Positions 24,492-25,524 of a stretch of 25,524 nucleotides of DNA are shown piece after piece. The notes below the pieces were generated by a model. It did no database searches and was not told where the DNA came from. It was given only the letters and a program-made list of their open reading frames with translations. Each line of letters starts with the position of its first letter. Positions within the stretch are counted from its first letter, which is position 1. The position numbers and the translations under genes are program-made. The stretch lies in the IMG/VR virus record IMGVR_UViG_3300005805_000437, positions 1 to 25,524 of that record; one strand, written 5' to 3'. The stretch is from a virus. Lineage: Duplodnaviria > Caudoviricetes.

Positions 24492-25054
24492 CTGCGCTCC
24501 CTCTCTTGAGAAACCAACTGTATAGGTGGATTGGTATTGACATCAAGCACCGACGCGATTTCAATAGCTTTCTTGGCGTGTTGCTCTGGCTTTAGAGCAA
24601 GGCTAGAAGCATTGATACCACTAAGGTAACCAAGAGCAAACTGCCCACCAGAGCCAAGACCGTAGACACCGAGTTTGTTCTGGATGAACGAGAGGTCGAC
24701 CGCAACGTGGAAGAGATTGCCAGCAAACGCAATAAGGTAATCGAATCCTGCTTCTTTTTCTTTTGTCGCTTCATACGGATCATATCCATTCTCTTTGAAG
24801 GCGCGTAATATGGACGGCAAGACTTTCTTTCCCATCCACTGCACTGGGTCTGAGCTTTTATATATCGGCGGAGTCCAGTTATAGGCAAGGATATCTCCAG
24901 GCCTAGAGTCGCCTACGATACCCAGCAAGTACTTACCAACGGAGACTATCTTCGGAGTAGCTGTGCTTATCGTCCTAAGATTATCTTCAGTTACTTGGCT
25001 ATCCGCTGCTAATATACAGCGGTCCTCTAGTTGTAAACCAATTAGCGTTGTCAT
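24488..25054 (-). CDS. HslV/proteasome-beta-like Ntn protease
   Basis: MTT start (N-terminal Thr nucleophile), AADSQ, KI, GSGG. Confidence 0.85.
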   Translation of the reverse strand: MTTLIGLQLEDRCILAADSQVTEDNLRTISTATPKIVSVGKYLLGIVGDSRPGDILAYNWTPPIYKSSDPVQWMGKKVLPSILRAFKENGYDPYEATKEKEAGFDYLIAFAGNLFHVAVDLSFIQNKLGVYGLGSGGQFALGYLSGINASSLALKPEQHAKKAIEIASVLDVNTNPPIQLVSQERERR

Positions 25055-25063
25055 AGTTGGAAA

Positions 25064-25119
25064 ATCTTATACCTCCTACGGCGTGTCGCTTCTGCGACAC
25101 TCCCATCGGTTATTAAAAT
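25064..25119. promoter_or_regulatory. Back-to-back promoters, each GACAC-N13-(-10)
   Basis: Minus: GACAC 25087-25083 then TAAGAT 25069-25064. Plus: GACAC 25096-25100 then TAAAAT 25114-25119. Confidence 0.65.
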
Positions 25120-25124
25120 ATGAG

Positions 25125-25217
25125 CGATAGCGAATAAGCAGTAGGCGCCAGCTATCGACGGCGCCGTACGGTGGCGGCGCTGAAAGCGCCGAGGCGACTG
25201 ACCACAGGAAGGAGCCG
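25125..25217 (+). repeat. GC-rich hairpin element B, homologous to element A
   Basis: Stems 25144-25165 and 25175-25191; shares AGCGCC.GAGGCGAC..CACAGGA..GCCG and GTAGGCGCCA with element A. Confidence 0.7.
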
Positions 25218-25226
25218 TCCAGAGCA

Positions 25227-25448
25227 ATGCGGTTCCGTCTACGTATCCTGTCGAAAAACAGTATACCAATCCAAGCTACAGATTTGCGGTCATTAGGACC
25301 GACGCATCAATGCGTCTGCGGATCTACAGTATTTAATTGCTTTGTTCAGTTTGAAGATTACGATATCTGCTGGTGGGCTTTAGATGCCCAATGTGCAAGC
25401 TGTGGGAACCTTGTAAAAGTACCTTGTCCTATCGATAAACCAGAGTAA
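25227..25448 (+). CDS. Zinc-ribbon protein
   Basis: 73 aa; CVCG...CASCG; AAGGAG SD. Confidence 0.75.
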   Translation: MRFRLRILSKNSIPIQATDLRSLGPTHQCVCGSTVFNCFVQFEDYDICWWALDAQCASCGNLVKVPCPIDKPE

Positions 25449-25524
25449 ACAAAAGTAAATGGGGTGGGAGTTCAGCCCCGCAAATTATTTCCCTAGGCAA
25501 TCACCTTACCCCCCTGCTGAAAAC

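Overview
Fragment of a tailed dsDNA phage genome, most likely a podovirus-like phage of Actinobacteria (inferred from whiB, an actinobacterial-type transglycosylase and actinobacterial regulator boxes). There are four transcription blocks. (1) A leftward virion block (1-12985): terminase with an N-terminal HTH, portal, small proteins, four probable internal virion proteins and the start of a scaffold gene. (2) A rightward early block (13791-18144) of tightly coupled small genes, a lytic transglycosylase and a C5 methyltransferase apparently built from three ORFs in three frames. (3) A leftward replication/regulation block (18211-25054): HslV-like protease, Cas4-like nuclease, WhiB, DnaB-like helicase, Holliday junction resolvase, split primase, DUF1599, sigma factor, Endo VII, PD-(D/E)XK nuclease and FmdB. 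(4) One rightward zinc-finger gene. The most unusual signals are the tripartite methyltransferase, two homologous hairpin elements at the two divergence points, a dense cluster of host-regulator boxes (DnaA, MprA-like, MtrA/GlnR-like, CRP-like), back-to-back GACAC-N13-(-10) promoters, and terminator-region loops that copy gene start regions. All calls come from reading motifs by eye; no database search was run.
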